The notes: generated by a model not told the origin, from the letters alone. Positions 48,933 to 64,000 are shown, counted from the stretch's first letter. The stretch: 64,000 bases of DNA from Candidatus Dormiibacterota bacterium (GCA_963709585.1 CAVPXI010000016.1:133063-197062), one strand, 5' to 3'. Numbers and translations: made by a program.

Positions 48933-50198
48933 TCAGACGTGCACCGGGAGGGCGACCACGAAGGTGTTGCCTCGCGCGCGCGAATTGTCGATCCATATCC
49001 TTCCGCCCATTCGCTCGACCAGCTGCCGCGCGAGATAGAGGCCAACGCCGAAACCACCGCGCTGACGGAGCAGGGGGGATTCGACCTGGTAGAAGGATGC
49101 GAAGACGCGGTCGACGTCGCTGTCAGGGATCCGGCGGCCGTTGTCCCTGACTTCGACGTGCACCTTGTTCACCGCTCGGTACGTGGTCACGCGCACCGGC
49201 TCGGAGTCGGGAGAGAACTTCAGCGCATTGTCGATGAGACACGCGACCACCAGCGCAAGGCGCTCGTGGTCGGCGAGCACGCGTTGCGCATCCGGAGCGA
49301 CGGTGATCGCGAAGCGATCGTGATCGGCGGATTCGACGAACCTCGCGATCACCTCGCGGAAGACGTTCTCGAGGTCGACCGCCGCGGTCTTGAGGCGTAT
49401 CTCACCGGACTCGAGCTGGGCGATGCACAGCAGGTTGTCGGTCAGACGGGCCAGGTGCTCGGCTTCGAGGCGTAACTCGTGCAAGCCCTCATCGCGCGCA
49501 TCCTGGGGCAGGCGGTCGCCGGCGTCGTGCATGAGAGTGAGCCAGGCCTTGATCTTGGTCAACGGTGTCCGCAACTCGTGCGATGCCAGCATCATGAACT
49601 CGCTCTTGATGCGATCGACCTCGCGCAGCTCGGCGAACGCCGCGTGCTCGAGCTCGATGGATCTGCGCACCTGGGCGTCGCGTTCGCCGACCAGCTCACG
49701 AGCGAGGAGGTTGCTGCTCAGCGCGACCACGAAGAGGAGAAAGAGCCGCGACATCAGCGCATCGATCAGCATGGTGCCGAGGTGGCGGTTCGCAACGTCG
49801 AATCCGACCACGAAATACGCCGCCCCGGCGACGAATGCGCAGGCCATGCTGCCGACGAGTCCGAAGCGAAGGCTGCTCGCGATCACCACGATGAAGAAGG
49901 TCACAGCGAGGTCGGAGTTGTAGCCGCCGGTCAGATAGACGAGACCACTCGCAACCGCGAGGTCGAGCACGATGGTCGCGACCTGGAGACGGCGACCGGG
50001 GATGCGGTGGGCCAGCAGCATGACCGTTGCCGCGAGGTTGAAGATCCCCCAGGCTCCGAGCACGAGGTTGACCGCCGCGGTCGACTGGCCGGTGGCGAGA
50101 CCCGGGAAGTTGTTGGCGACCGCGGCGAAGATCAGCACCATCCACCGGCTCAGCTCGATGGTTCGCTCGATACCGGCTCTCCGGTCCCGAACGGGCAT
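48933..50198 (-). CDS. Membrane sensor histidine kinase (HisKA + HATPase)
   Basis: About 6 TM segments, ASHELRTPL, LIDNALKFS, DNG, GFGVGL. Confidence 0.93.
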   Translation of the reverse strand: MPVRDRRAGIERTIELSRWMVLIFAAVANNFPGLATGQSTAAVNLVLGAWGIFNLAATVMLLAHRIPGRRLQVATIVLDLAVASGLVYLTGGYNSDLAVTFFIVVIASSLRFGLVGSMACAFVAGAAYFVVGFDVANRHLGTMLIDALMSRLFLLFVVALSSNLLARELVGERDAQVRRSIELEHAAFAELREVDRIKSEFMMLASHELRTPLTKIKAWLTLMHDAGDRLPQDARDEGLHELRLEAEHLARLTDNLLCIAQLESGEIRLKTAAVDLENVFREVIARFVESADHDRFAITVAPDAQRVLADHERLALVVACLIDNALKFSPDSEPVRVTTYRAVNKVHVEVRDNGRRIPDSDVDRVFASFYQVESPLLRQRGGFGVGLYLARQLVERMGGRIWIDNSRARGNTFVVALPVHV

Positions 50199-50411
50199 CG
50201 CGGTGGAACTCGCTGCGCGGCCGTCGCGTCGGCAGGCGGCCGCGGCCGGTCCGAGGCGTTGTTCATCGGGCGCGCGTGAGCGGTCTGCGTGAGCTCTCCG
50301 CTCACGGCTTCAGCCATGCTCATCAGACACGCGCGTATGGTCGCGGATCGCCTCGCTCACTCTCGTGAGCCTAGCTGCGCATCGGCGTTGCCAGACGAAG
50401 GTCTCGTAACG

Positions 50412-51830
50412 ATGCCGCACCACCCACTGTTACAGGCGAACGCATGCATGCCCCGGTCCTGGAAACTTCAGGCAGCCGTGTCGCTTCCACCGATCGCCGC
50501 TCTGCATCCGGATCGCCCGGATGAGCTTGCAGCCGGCGCGGCCGCCCTTCGGGACGGTCGCGTTGCCGATGCTGTCGCAGCCTACGACCGCGCGCTCGAG
50601 CAACTCTCTGATGATGCGCAGCCTGAGCAGCGAGGAGCGGCGCTGCTCGCGCGCGGTCTCGCGTATCAGCTGCTCGGCGACACGTCCCGCGCCTCGGCGG
50701 ACGTCCTCAGTGCGCTGAACGTCTGGGCGCTCGTGCGCGCCGACTGGGCGTCGAGCGCGATGTCGGATCTCGCCGCCGCCCTGTCCGGTGCCGGCAACGC
50801 GGCGGCCGATGCCTACTGGCAGGCGGCACTGCGCCTGGCCGAGCGCAGCGGCGACGTCGTCCTCCAGGCTGCGGTTGCCGGCGAGTGGGGTCGCCACGCT
50901 GCTCGCGCCGGTGACGCGGTCACCGCGGTCGCGCTGCTCGAAAAATCAGCCGAGCTGGGCAGACGAGCCGGTGACGACGCCATCGTCGCCAAGGCACTGG
51001 TCAACCTCGCGCGTGTCGAGCTCGATGCCGGGCGCGGTGGTCACGCCATGCGCAACATCGGCGAGGCGCTCGCCCGGGACCAGCGCGGCGACCTACGCGC
51101 GGCCACCGCCGGACTGCTCATCGACGTTGCCGCCGGGGCGTTCCACTCCGGCGACACTGCTCACGCCGAGCTCTGCCTCGAGCAGGCGCTCTCGCTGTGC
51201 GGCGCTACCGACCGCCAGATCCGCGAGCGAACGCTCGCCGGGCTCGGCGGGCTTGCCCGAGCGCGTGGCGATCTCGCGGCGGCTGCGCGGTACGGGGAGG
51301 AGCTCCTCGACAGCGCGCGGCGAGGTGGAGACCTCACGGTCGCCGCCGAGGCGCTGCACGACCTCGGCAGGATGGCGTTGCCCGCCGGCGCCCTCGAAGA
51401 CGCCGCGAGGCGGTTGACCGAGAGCGTCGTGATTGCGCGAAGCCTCGGTCTCGACTCGCTCGCGGCATCCGGGTCGCGCGCCCTGGCCGAGGTGGCCATC
51501 CGGCGCGGCGCGCTCCTGCGTGCCCTGGGCTACGCCGAACAGGCGGTCATCCTCTCCATGAGCCAGGACGATCTCGAAGCCTGTGCCGCGACCCTCCTCC
51601 TGGTGGGCGCCGAGGCGGGGAGAGCGGGCCTTGACGACGTCGCCAGACCGGCGAACGAGGGCGCGGCGGAGATCTATCGATTGCTCGACCGCGACGACCT
51701 CGCCCAGGTGTTGACGGGCGGATCCCCGCTTTCGTCGGACGGCGCCGAAGCGCGAACCGACCGGCTCGAAGCCGGGCTCGAGGCGGCGCGCTCGGTCGTC
51801 AACCCCACCAGACCGACCCCAGGGCGCTGA
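50412..51830 (+). CDS. TPR-repeat protein (start uncertain, 50289-50478)
   Basis: Repeated A-L-x-x-L-G/A...G D...A helical units, Ala-rich. Confidence 0.75.
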   Translation: MPHHPLLQANACMPRSWKLQAAVSLPPIAALHPDRPDELAAGAAALRDGRVADAVAAYDRALEQLSDDAQPEQRGAALLARGLAYQLLGDTSRASADVLSALNVWALVRADWASSAMSDLAAALSGAGNAAADAYWQAALRLAERSGDVVLQAAVAGEWGRHAARAGDAVTAVALLEKSAELGRRAGDDAIVAKALVNLARVELDAGRGGHAMRNIGEALARDQRGDLRAATAGLLIDVAAGAFHSGDTAHAELCLEQALSLCGATDRQIRERTLAGLGGLARARGDLAAAARYGEELLDSARRGGDLTVAAEALHDLGRMALPAGALEDAARRLTESVVIARSLGLDSLAASGSRALAEVAIRRGALLRALGYAEQAVILSMSQDDLEACAATLLLVGAEAGRAGLDDVARPANEGAAEIYRLLDRDDLAQVLTGGSPLSSDGAEARTDRLEAGLEAARSVVNPTRPTPGR

Positions 51831-51837
51831 CCGACCG

Positions 51838-53376
51838 TCAGCAGTCTGGAACCCCAGGAGGTGGCACCACCAACCCGCCATCGGGCGGCGCGGTGCCGCT
51901 CGGCGGGGACGACATCACGATGCTTCTGCTCGTCGGGTCGTAGCAGTTGACGGTCCAGCCGAGCACGTGCAGCGCAGCCGCCTCACGAGCCTCCGACGGA
52001 AGGATCGCGTGGTGGATCTTTTCCGCGGTCAGCACGTGCACCCAGACGGGAACGAGTTGATCGATGGCGTCGTACAGCTGCAGAGCGCTGGTGCCGAAGA
52101 CCGCCGGCTCGTCGTAGAGAAAGACGACCCGGCCCGACGGGAAGCGGTACGCGAGGTATCCGCCCCATGAATCGATCGTGTAGAGGCGCTGGCCCGGGAA
52201 GTTGACGCCGGCGTAGGTCGCGGCCGCGTCCGGATACACGGTTGCCTGGTATGACGCCGCTGCCGCCGCGCTCAGCCGGGGCACGAGGGCCACCGCCATC
52301 GCCGCGGTCATGACGAGCAGGACGGCGCCGGTCGCCATCGGATGCAGGTGACCCGTGGCTGTCTCCCGACGCCGCGTGATCCGCGGCGCCACATGGTGGT
52401 TCCACGCTCGCGATCCATGGATCGCGAGCTGCGGCGCCATGAAGACAGCGAACAAACCAAGGTTCTCCTGCGCGAAGAGTGTCGCGATGAGCAAGCCGAA
52501 TCCGGTGATCGCGCTGAATCGATCGGGACCGCCCGACACGGTCCAGAGCACGATGACGAGCACCACCTCGGCCTCGAACAGCCTGGCCCACCACTCGTGG
52601 AAATTGGGAGAGCCGAAGCCGGCGAGGCCCTGGGCGACGCCGGGGCTGTAAACACCCGACAGCACCGACGCGTAGATGCCGGCTCCCACAGGGTTAGCCA
52701 GCGCGGCGATTGCGCTGATCCCCAGCACCGCGGCGAGCTGACGCCGGCTCCCCGCGTGTGGAATCAGCAACAGCGCAGCGAGCAGGATCAACAGGCCGGC
52801 GGCGAACCCGGCATCCATGTTGGCCCAGAGCAGGAAGACGACCGGCAACCCCCACAGCGCCGACGTCTTGCCCTCGCGCCAGCGACCGAGGACGAAGAGA
52901 ACGATCGCGACGCCGAGCATCGAGATCACCGCGCTGCTGACGCCGGCAGCGGTGTCGAGCGTTAGCCCGGTGATCACCATGGACAGCGCGAGCCACGCAC
53001 CGGAAACACGCGCCGACTGTGGTATCGAGAGCGCGGCGAGCACCACGGCGGCGACCGCAGCAAGGCCCATGACCAGCGAGGCGAGACCCGCGCCACCTGC
53101 ACCCACAAGCCCGGCGAGGGTCACCTCGTAGAGCCACTGCTGGCCGACCCACGCATGGGCGGCGGGGAGGAAGCTGAATGGTTCGTGGGCGGGGATGCCG
53201 CTGGTGGTGATCAGGCGTCCGAGGGCGAGGTGCCACCACACGTCGGTGTCACTGAAGGGCTGGACGGTGAGCACCAGCACCACGATCGCCGCGCCGGCGA
53301 TCCAGGCGATCCGGCGGGCAGTCGCTCGGTGTTGCTGCTCCGGGCCGGCGATCACCAGCAGGTCAGGACGTTTCAC
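51838..53376 (-). CDS. Polytopic membrane protein, GT-C-like glycosyltransferase candidate 2
   Basis: DTDVWWHLALGRLI, PFSF, WLYEV, LWANMD, WGGYL; GTGA overlap with its paralogue. Confidence 0.72.
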   Translation of the reverse strand: MKRPDLLVIAGPEQQHRATARRIAWIAGAAIVVLVLTVQPFSDTDVWWHLALGRLITTSGIPAHEPFSFLPAAHAWVGQQWLYEVTLAGLVGAGGAGLASLVMGLAAVAAVVLAALSIPQSARVSGAWLALSMVITGLTLDTAAGVSSAVISMLGVAIVLFVLGRWREGKTSALWGLPVVFLLWANMDAGFAAGLLILLAALLLIPHAGSRRQLAAVLGISAIAALANPVGAGIYASVLSGVYSPGVAQGLAGFGSPNFHEWWARLFEAEVVLVIVLWTVSGGPDRFSAITGFGLLIATLFAQENLGLFAVFMAPQLAIHGSRAWNHHVAPRITRRRETATGHLHPMATGAVLLVMTAAMAVALVPRLSAAAAASYQATVYPDAAATYAGVNFPGQRLYTIDSWGGYLAYRFPSGRVVFLYDEPAVFGTSALQLYDAIDQLVPVWVHVLTAEKIHHAILPSEAREAAALHVLGWTVNCYDPTSRSIVMSSPPSGTAPPDGGLVVPPPGVPDC

Positions 53377-55031
53377 TGGTTCTGCGCCCCGGTATTTGGC
53401 GCAGCCTTCGCCTGCCGCGCGCAGACGCTGCCCGGCGGCCAGACGGGCACCGGCGGGAGGTGCACCGTCGAGAGCTTGTCGGTCGGCACGAAGGCAACGC
53501 TCAACCCGTCCTGGTACACCTTGGTCCAGTCCGCGGCATGGGCCATCACGTCGGCGAGCGGCGTGTTGATGTCGTACAGGACGATGTCGGTCCCGGCACG
53601 TCGAATGGATGCGTCCCAGCCAGGTGTGACCGTCTCCACGCCGGCGTACGTGTAGAGCAGGGGGTCACCCATGAGGGCGGCGTCACCGAAGATGAACACC
53701 TTGTCGCCGTGGGGCGAGAGCGCGTACGCCAGGTAGCCACCCTCGCCGTACTGGTTGAAGATTTTCAGCGGCTCCGGCGCGCCGGCCAGCCACTGCGCCG
53801 CGCAGACCGGGAATTCCTGCGCGTATGCGAGCGAATACGGTTGCAGCTGCATCTTCGGCAGTAGCCACGCGACGTAGACGCCCCCGAGTCCAGCGATGAG
53901 CAGCGTGCACGCGGTGAGGCGGAAGAGCAGCGGTGGTTGCACCCGAGCCCGGGTGCGCGCCGGCGCGGGCGCTCGTCGCAGACGGCGTATCGCCGCGCGC
54001 ATTCGCGGCGTCGCAAGCGCGAGCTGGTCGATGAACACAGGGGTTGACGCGGCAATGAAGAGCGCGATATGGCGCGCGGACTGCAACGACAGCGCGGTGG
54101 TGACGAGCACCAGCGCGACGTCCCGGGCGCGGATGTGCCGGTTGAAGACGGTCAGCATCGCCATGCTGAGCAGCATCGCACCATAGACCAATACCTCCCA
54201 GTCGTGGAAGCTCGGCGAGAACCACTCCTCGATGAGTGACTGCTGGGCGCCGGACGTCTGCGTGCCCAGCGCGTAGAGCAGGATGGTCGGTCCGTTGGGG
54301 TTGATCATGCTGACCGCGGTCGACGCGATCAACACGAACAGCAGCGGCCGCAGACGTTCTCGCGGTGCCGGATCCGGCATGTGCAGCCATCCTCCGATGA
54401 CCTCCGCGATCAGCACGAGCGCGATGAATCCGAGTCCGATCACGAACCCCGAATGAAAGTTGCTCCACACCAGGAACACCGGGATGAGGCCCCATATGGC
54501 TTTCCCACCCTTGACCAGGTGGCGCTCGACGAGCAGCAGAGTCAGCGCGGCGAACGCGAAGGTGATCATCTGGACTCGCGGTCCCCAGATGGGGAATCCC
54601 GCGATCACGGCGACGAGCATGCCGATGCCGAGCGCCCCTCGACCGGGATGCCGGAGGCGCGCCTTCTGCACGATCGCGAGCAGTCCGAGCCATGTCACGG
54701 TGCAGAGCACGAGCACGATGAGTTCGAGACCGCCCACCGCGAACTCGACGGCGAACAGGACCTCGTTCAGCCACTCGTGCATCGTCCAGTGATGGTTCGC
54801 GACTGTGTAGGTGAACGGGTCGTTGCCGAGAAGACCGGCGTGCTGGATGATCAACTGACCGGCGCGAAGATGCCACCAGAAATCGGGGTCCTGGATGGTG
54901 CGCGTGACCGGCAGGGCCATGATGACCAGCACCGCGGCGATGAAGAGTCCGCTCGGTGCGGTGAGTGAATCCAAACGCTCGCGGAATCCGATCCGACGCT
55001 GGTGCACCGCCTCAGCCGCCACGCTGCTCAT
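53373..55031 (-). CDS. Polytopic membrane protein, GT-C-like glycosyltransferase candidate 1
   Basis: DPDFWWHLRAGQLI, DPFTYT, HEWL, RVQM, WSNFHSGF, INPNG, IEEW, FNQYGEGGYL. Confidence 0.75.
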   Translation of the reverse strand: MSSVAAEAVHQRRIGFRERLDSLTAPSGLFIAAVLVIMALPVTRTIQDPDFWWHLRAGQLIIQHAGLLGNDPFTYTVANHHWTMHEWLNEVLFAVEFAVGGLELIVLVLCTVTWLGLLAIVQKARLRHPGRGALGIGMLVAVIAGFPIWGPRVQMITFAFAALTLLLVERHLVKGGKAIWGLIPVFLVWSNFHSGFVIGLGFIALVLIAEVIGGWLHMPDPAPRERLRPLLFVLIASTAVSMINPNGPTILLYALGTQTSGAQQSLIEEWFSPSFHDWEVLVYGAMLLSMAMLTVFNRHIRARDVALVLVTTALSLQSARHIALFIAASTPVFIDQLALATPRMRAAIRRLRRAPAPARTRARVQPPLLFRLTACTLLIAGLGGVYVAWLLPKMQLQPYSLAYAQEFPVCAAQWLAGAPEPLKIFNQYGEGGYLAYALSPHGDKVFIFGDAALMGDPLLYTYAGVETVTPGWDASIRRAGTDIVLYDINTPLADVMAHAADWTKVYQDGLSVAFVPTDKLSTVHLPPVPVWPPGSVCARQAKAAPNTGAQNQ

Positions 55032-55052
55032 ACGCCGACCGCTACCTGTCCG

Positions 55053-55490
55053 TCAGCTCTGCGATGCTCCCGAGATCACGCGGGTTGCTGCGGCATTGCC
55101 CGGTTGTTCGAGCCCGACCGCCGACCAGAGCATCTTGAGCAGATGCGCAAACTCGAACGGCTTGCCCATGTATGTGATCCCGCCGAGATCCATGACAGCC
55201 TGAATGTCTTCGTCGAAATTGCGCGCGGTGAGGAGGATGATCGGAACGGACTCGGTCTTGGCCTGAGCACGGAGCTCGCGACTCACCGACAGCCCGCTCA
55301 AGCGCGGCATCATCACGTCGCAGACGACCGCATCCGGGAGCCAGCCCTTGATCACGATCTCGAGGGCCTCCATGCCATCCTCGGCACAGCGCACGTCGAA
55401 CCCGTCACTGGCGAGCCGCAACTCGAGGAGACGGCGGAGCGAGTCATCGTCTTCCGCGACGAGAATCCGTGGTGGGTCGCCGTGCGTCAT
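55053..55490 (-). CDS. Single-domain response regulator
   Basis: VAEDD, CDVMMP, LLTAR, GKPF. Confidence 0.92.
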   Translation of the reverse strand: MTHGDPPRILVAEDDDSLRRLLELRLASDGFDVRCAEDGMEALEIVIKGWLPDAVVCDVMMPRLSGLSVSRELRAQAKTESVPIILLTARNFDEDIQAVMDLGGITYMGKPFEFAHLLKMLWSAVGLEQPGNAAATRVISGASQS

Positions 55491-55623
55491 GAGCGTGGAG
55501 ATTTCCCTGATCGGTGTTCGAACTGCGATCTGGTTATACGCTGGGCGGCACGTGCGGCTCGTCGTGCAACAGGCCTGTCACAGCCATTTGTGAACTGCGG
55601 GCAGAGTGCGACTCTGCGGTGAC

Positions 55624-56703
55624 ATGATGACCATGGTGAGCGAAGTCGAAGCGGCCCCCACCATGAACCCATCGGCGCTGTCCGGTGTCCGATTCCTGGT
55701 GACCAAGCGCATCGAAGACCTCGATGCCGCTGCAGCGGCGCTGGACGACGAGCTCTCGGCGGTGGCGCTTCGGCTGCAGGAGCTTCGGACGGCGCAGCAC
55801 GATGCCGAGGGACGGTGGGCCGCACTGCTGAGCGTGCTCCCTGCCGGCGATGTCGACGAGATCGACAGCGCCTTCCGAACGCTCGCCAAGGTCCGCGCCG
55901 ACCTCGCCGCGACCGAGGAACGTCAGGTCGAGCTCGGCACCCGCCTGACCGGCATGCGCGCGGAGCAGGAGGTGCTCCGCGCCGTCTATCGCAGCCTCGA
56001 CGATCTCCTCGCCGCACACGCCGGACCGACCAACGGCACCGCCCGGCTTCGCGACGCCTCTCGACAGACCTTCCAGATCATTGAAGAGGAGAGGATGCGC
56101 ATCGCCCGGGACATGCACGACGGGCCGGCGCAGTCCATGGCGAACCTCGTGCTCCAGGCCGAGATCATCGAGCGGCTGATCGCCCGGGACCCCGACCCCA
56201 AGGTGGTGGCCGGCGAGCTCGCGGACTTCAAGACTGGTGTCCGCGATGTCCTCGACGACACGCGGCGGCTGATCTTCGACCTCCGCCCGATGACCCTGGA
56301 CGACCTCGGCCTGGTGCCGACCCTCAGGAAGTTCGTCGCCGAGTTCGGGGAGCGGAATTCGATCACCGCGCACCTGCGCGTCGTCGGCGAGGAGATCCGC
56401 ATGGGCGGTGGTCTCGAGCAGACGCTCTTCCGGATCGTCCAGGAGGCGCTCAACAACGCCCGCAAACACGCCAAGGCGTCGAACGTCGAGGTGGTGATCA
56501 CCTTCCTGCCGAAGCAGGTGGGGGCCGTGATCCGCGACGACGGGGTGGGCATGGACGTCGAGGCGACCGAGGCCAGCGTGGATCGAACCCGCCACTTCGG
56601 GCTCCTCACCATGCGCGAACGAGCGGATGGGGACAAGGGGAAGCTCGAGATCAGGTCGCAACTCGGCAAGGGGACGGAGGTCCGGGCGACATTCGATCTC
56701 TGA
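55624..56703 (+). CDS. Cytoplasmic DegS-like histidine kinase (HisKA_3)
   Basis: Coiled-coil N-terminus without TM, EEERMRIARDMHDGPAQS, DLRPMTLDDLGL, QEALNNARKHA, DDGVG. Confidence 0.92.
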   Translation: MMTMVSEVEAAPTMNPSALSGVRFLVTKRIEDLDAAAAALDDELSAVALRLQELRTAQHDAEGRWAALLSVLPAGDVDEIDSAFRTLAKVRADLAATEERQVELGTRLTGMRAEQEVLRAVYRSLDDLLAAHAGPTNGTARLRDASRQTFQIIEEERMRIARDMHDGPAQSMANLVLQAEIIERLIARDPDPKVVAGELADFKTGVRDVLDDTRRLIFDLRPMTLDDLGLVPTLRKFVAEFGERNSITAHLRVVGEEIRMGGGLEQTLFRIVQEALNNARKHAKASNVEVVITFLPKQVGAVIRDDGVGMDVEATEASVDRTRHFGLLTMRERADGDKGKLEIRSQLGKGTEVRATFDL

Positions 56704-56753
56704 GAGCGACGCTTCGGGAGCCGCGAAGCCTGGAATGGTACGTCCCCCCGACA

Positions 56754-57464
56754 ATGGAAGTGATGCGGCATCGGGTACTGGCCTGCGACTACGACGGGAC
56801 ACTCGCCACCGAGGGGGTGTGCGCCGACGAAACCGTCGAGGCTCTGGAGCGCGTTGCCGCGGCCGGTATCCGGCTGGTCCTGGTCACCGGTCGGACCTGG
56901 GAGGAGCTCGCCGACGTGTTCGATCCGGGCACCCTCTTCGAGGCGATCGTGGTCGAGAACGGTGCCGTGGTGATCGACGTCGCGAAGGGCCAGGAGCAAC
57001 TCCTCGCACCACGAATTCCGAGCGGTCTGGTAGCCGAGTTCCAGCGCACCGGGGTCATGCCCCTGGTGATCGGCCGGGTCCTCTGCTCGACCAATTGGAC
57101 CCAGGAAGCGAAGCTCTCGGCCGCGATCGCCAAGCTCGGCGTCGATCGCCAGGTCGTCCGCAACCGCAACTCCGCGATGGTGCTGCCGCCGGGCATCAGC
57201 AAGCGCACCGGGATCGAGGCGGCGCTGCGCGCCCTCGGTGAGCTGCCGGCGGCGACCGTCGCGGTCGGCGACGGGGAGAACGATGTCGCCCTCTTCGCTG
57301 TCACCGGTGTCTCGATCGCGGTCGCGAATGCGGTCGACGTCCTCAAGGCACGCGCCGACGTCGTGCTCAGCGAGCCGAATGGCAAGGGATTCCAGTCGCT
57401 GGCGGCAGCGCTGGTCGCGGGCGATCTCGGAGCCCTGACCGCACTGAGCCCGCTCGCCGGGTAG
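56754..57464 (+). CDS. Cof-type HAD hydrolase
   Basis: DYDGT, VTGR, SK, GDGENDV. Confidence 0.92.
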   Translation: MEVMRHRVLACDYDGTLATEGVCADETVEALERVAAAGIRLVLVTGRTWEELADVFDPGTLFEAIVVENGAVVIDVAKGQEQLLAPRIPSGLVAEFQRTGVMPLVIGRVLCSTNWTQEAKLSAAIAKLGVDRQVVRNRNSAMVLPPGISKRTGIEAALRALGELPAATVAVGDGENDVALFAVTGVSIAVANAVDVLKARADVVLSEPNGKGFQSLAAALVAGDLGALTALSPLAG

Positions 57465-57469
57465 CGATC

Positions 57470-58589
57470 TCAGACGGGGCGGGTCGGCCTCCGACCCGTT
57501 CGGCGCGGCTTCCCGACCGTGACATCGTCGCCCTGCAGCCACACGGCGATGGCGACGTCGCTCTGGCGGCGTCCGATCGCGGCGCGGCGTTCGGGCTGAA
57601 CATCCAGGGGCGGCACCTCGATCGTCGTGCCCGCCGAGGGCAGGACGGCGATCAGCGCGTCGACCAGCTGCGGATCGAACTGATGGCCGCTCTGGCGCCG
57701 CAACTCGTCGAGGATCCAGTCGTACGAGCGCGCCGGCTGGTAGGGCCGCCCCGCGCGCATGACGTCGACGGCGTCGACAACCGAGACGATGCGAGCGCCG
57801 AGCGGGATCTGGTCGCCGCGAAGCCCGTCGGGGTAGCCCGCCCCGTTGAAGTGTTCGTGGTGGTGTCTGACGATGAGCCGGACGTCTTCCCAGGTGTCGA
57901 TATCGGCGAGGATCGCCGCTCCGACCTCGGGATGCGTCCGCATCACCGCGCGCTCCGCGTCGGTCAACCCCTCCGGCTTGCGCAGCAACGCTTCAGGGAT
58001 TGCCACCTTGCCGATGTCGTGGAGGCAGGCGCCGAACCGGATGATGCTGCGCATACCGTCGCCGATCCCGAGATGGCGCGCGATTGCGTCGGACATCCCG
58101 ACGAGCCGCGCCGAGTGCTCCTGGGTTTCGTAGTCCTTCGAACTCGAGTGCATTCGCGAGCACCATCGTGAACCGCTCCAACATCGGGGCGAGAAACCGC
58201 AACCGGAGGGCCTCGTCGGCAAGCTCGCGGCGCTCGAGCGCGCGGTCGAGCACGGTGAGCAGGTGCATCGACTTGAAGGGCTTGGGGATGAACGCCACCG
58301 CACCAGCCTGCATCGCCTGCATCGCGAGATCGAGGTCACGAAAGGCGGTGACCACGATGCAAGAGATCATCGGATCGACCCGCTGCGCGTGGGCGATGAG
58401 GTCGACGCCATTCGCGTGCGGCATCGCGTAGTCGGTGATCACCGCATCGAAGCAGCCTGGGCGATCGACGCTGCCGATCGCCTCTGCGCCGTTGGCGGTA
58501 CTGGTCACCGCGTGCCCGGCGAACTCGAGCGTGTCTTCGATGAAACGGCGCGTCAGCCGGTCATCCTCGGCGACCAGGATCCGAGCCAA
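57470..58589 (-). CDS. REC-HD-GYP c-di-GMP phosphodiesterase, RpfG family (frameshift near 58142)
   Basis: AEDD, TDYAMP, KPF; then KDYETQEHS, LHDIGK, HHHEHFNGAGYPDGL. Confidence 0.9.
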
Positions 58590-58591
58590 CG

Positions 58592-58915
58592 CTACAGCTG
58601 AGGCCTCGCGTCAGTTGCTGCGCCGAATGGCAGACGGAGCGTGTGCCGCCAGTGCGCGCGCACCGCGCGCTGTACCTGAAGATCGGTCCACCAGATCGGC
58701 ACGTCGGCGCTCTGATCGTGGTCGACACGGAGATGCCTGCAGAGCAGCCGGCGCCTGACCGGCATGCCGAAATCCTTGCGGCCGGTCATGACGACCTTGT
58801 AGACCAGGTAGACGACGACCCAGCAGACCAGCGCTCCGGTTGCGGCGAGGTAGACGTCCCCCGGGATCGAGCCGGATTTGGCGGCGTGCACCGCGGATAC
58901 GAGGAGAAGGAGCAT
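58592..58915 (-). CDS. Small hypothetical membrane protein
   Basis: Two hydrophobic segments, TACGCT 7 nt before ATG 58915, 2 nt gap to the HD-GYP gene. Confidence 0.55.
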   Translation of the reverse strand: MLLLLVSAVHAAKSGSIPGDVYLAATGALVCWVVVYLVYKVVMTGRKDFGMPVRRRLLCRHLRVDHDQSADVPIWWTDLQVQRAVRAHWRHTLRLPFGAATDARPQL

Positions 58916-58951
58916 CGGAGCAAGCGTAGCCCCCGGCTGCAACACGACAGT

Positions 58952-58992
58952 TCACGATCCGGTAACAGCCGTGCAGCCGTGCCGGATCGTGA
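58952..58992. repeat. 11-bp perfect inverted repeat downstream of rpoC
   Basis: TCACGATCCGG-N19-CCGGATCGTGA with no U-tract. Could be a terminator or an operator. Confidence 0.55.
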
Positions 58993-59019
58993 GTGCTGTC
59001 TGCGTTGCGGCAGCCCCGT

Positions 59020-63390
<4,371 letters not shown>

Positions 63391-63414
63391 GTGTGTCCTA
63401 ACTTCCGATTGCTG

Positions 63415-64000
<586 letters not shown>

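Noticed and set aside
762-58589. Calling the frameshifted genes pseudogenes or programmed frameshifts
   Set aside because: Motifs are intact on both sides, there are no slippery runs or extra stops, and the breaks share a motif, which points to sequencing error.

Overview
A high-GC bacterial chromosomal window with no CRISPR array, prophage or IS element visible. The rpoC inserts and the lack of a secretin suggest a monoderm soil lineage, possibly Chloroflexota-related such as Ca. Dormibacterota (inference). The left part (1-16 kb) holds an ABC-2 exporter, two c-di-GMP enzymes, a Crp/Fnr regulator, WS/DGAT with hydrolases and an APS reductase. The core cluster rpmG-tRNA(Trp)-secE-nusG-rplK-rplA runs directly into an extended Tad/Flp pilus region (18.6-47.5 kb). 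That region has flp, cpaB-tadB-tadC, three REC-CpaE paralogues, two CpaF ATPases, an acidic TPR protein, a triple PATAN/DUF4388-like protein, two orphan ParA ATPases, a degenerate ParB-like protein and a coiled-coil protein with a membrane-targeting tail. This is the best candidate for an undescribed pilus positioning/polarity system. The right part holds two-component and HD-GYP signalling genes, tandem GT-C-like membrane proteins, rpoC and the 3' end of rpoB. DNA-level signals are a recurrent Crp-type box at about -41.5, a back-to-back leaderless bidirectional promoter, two apparent CTG starts, and frameshifts clustering at GASTC sites (probably a methylation-linked sequencing artefact). All family assignments come from motif recognition by eye; no searches were run.
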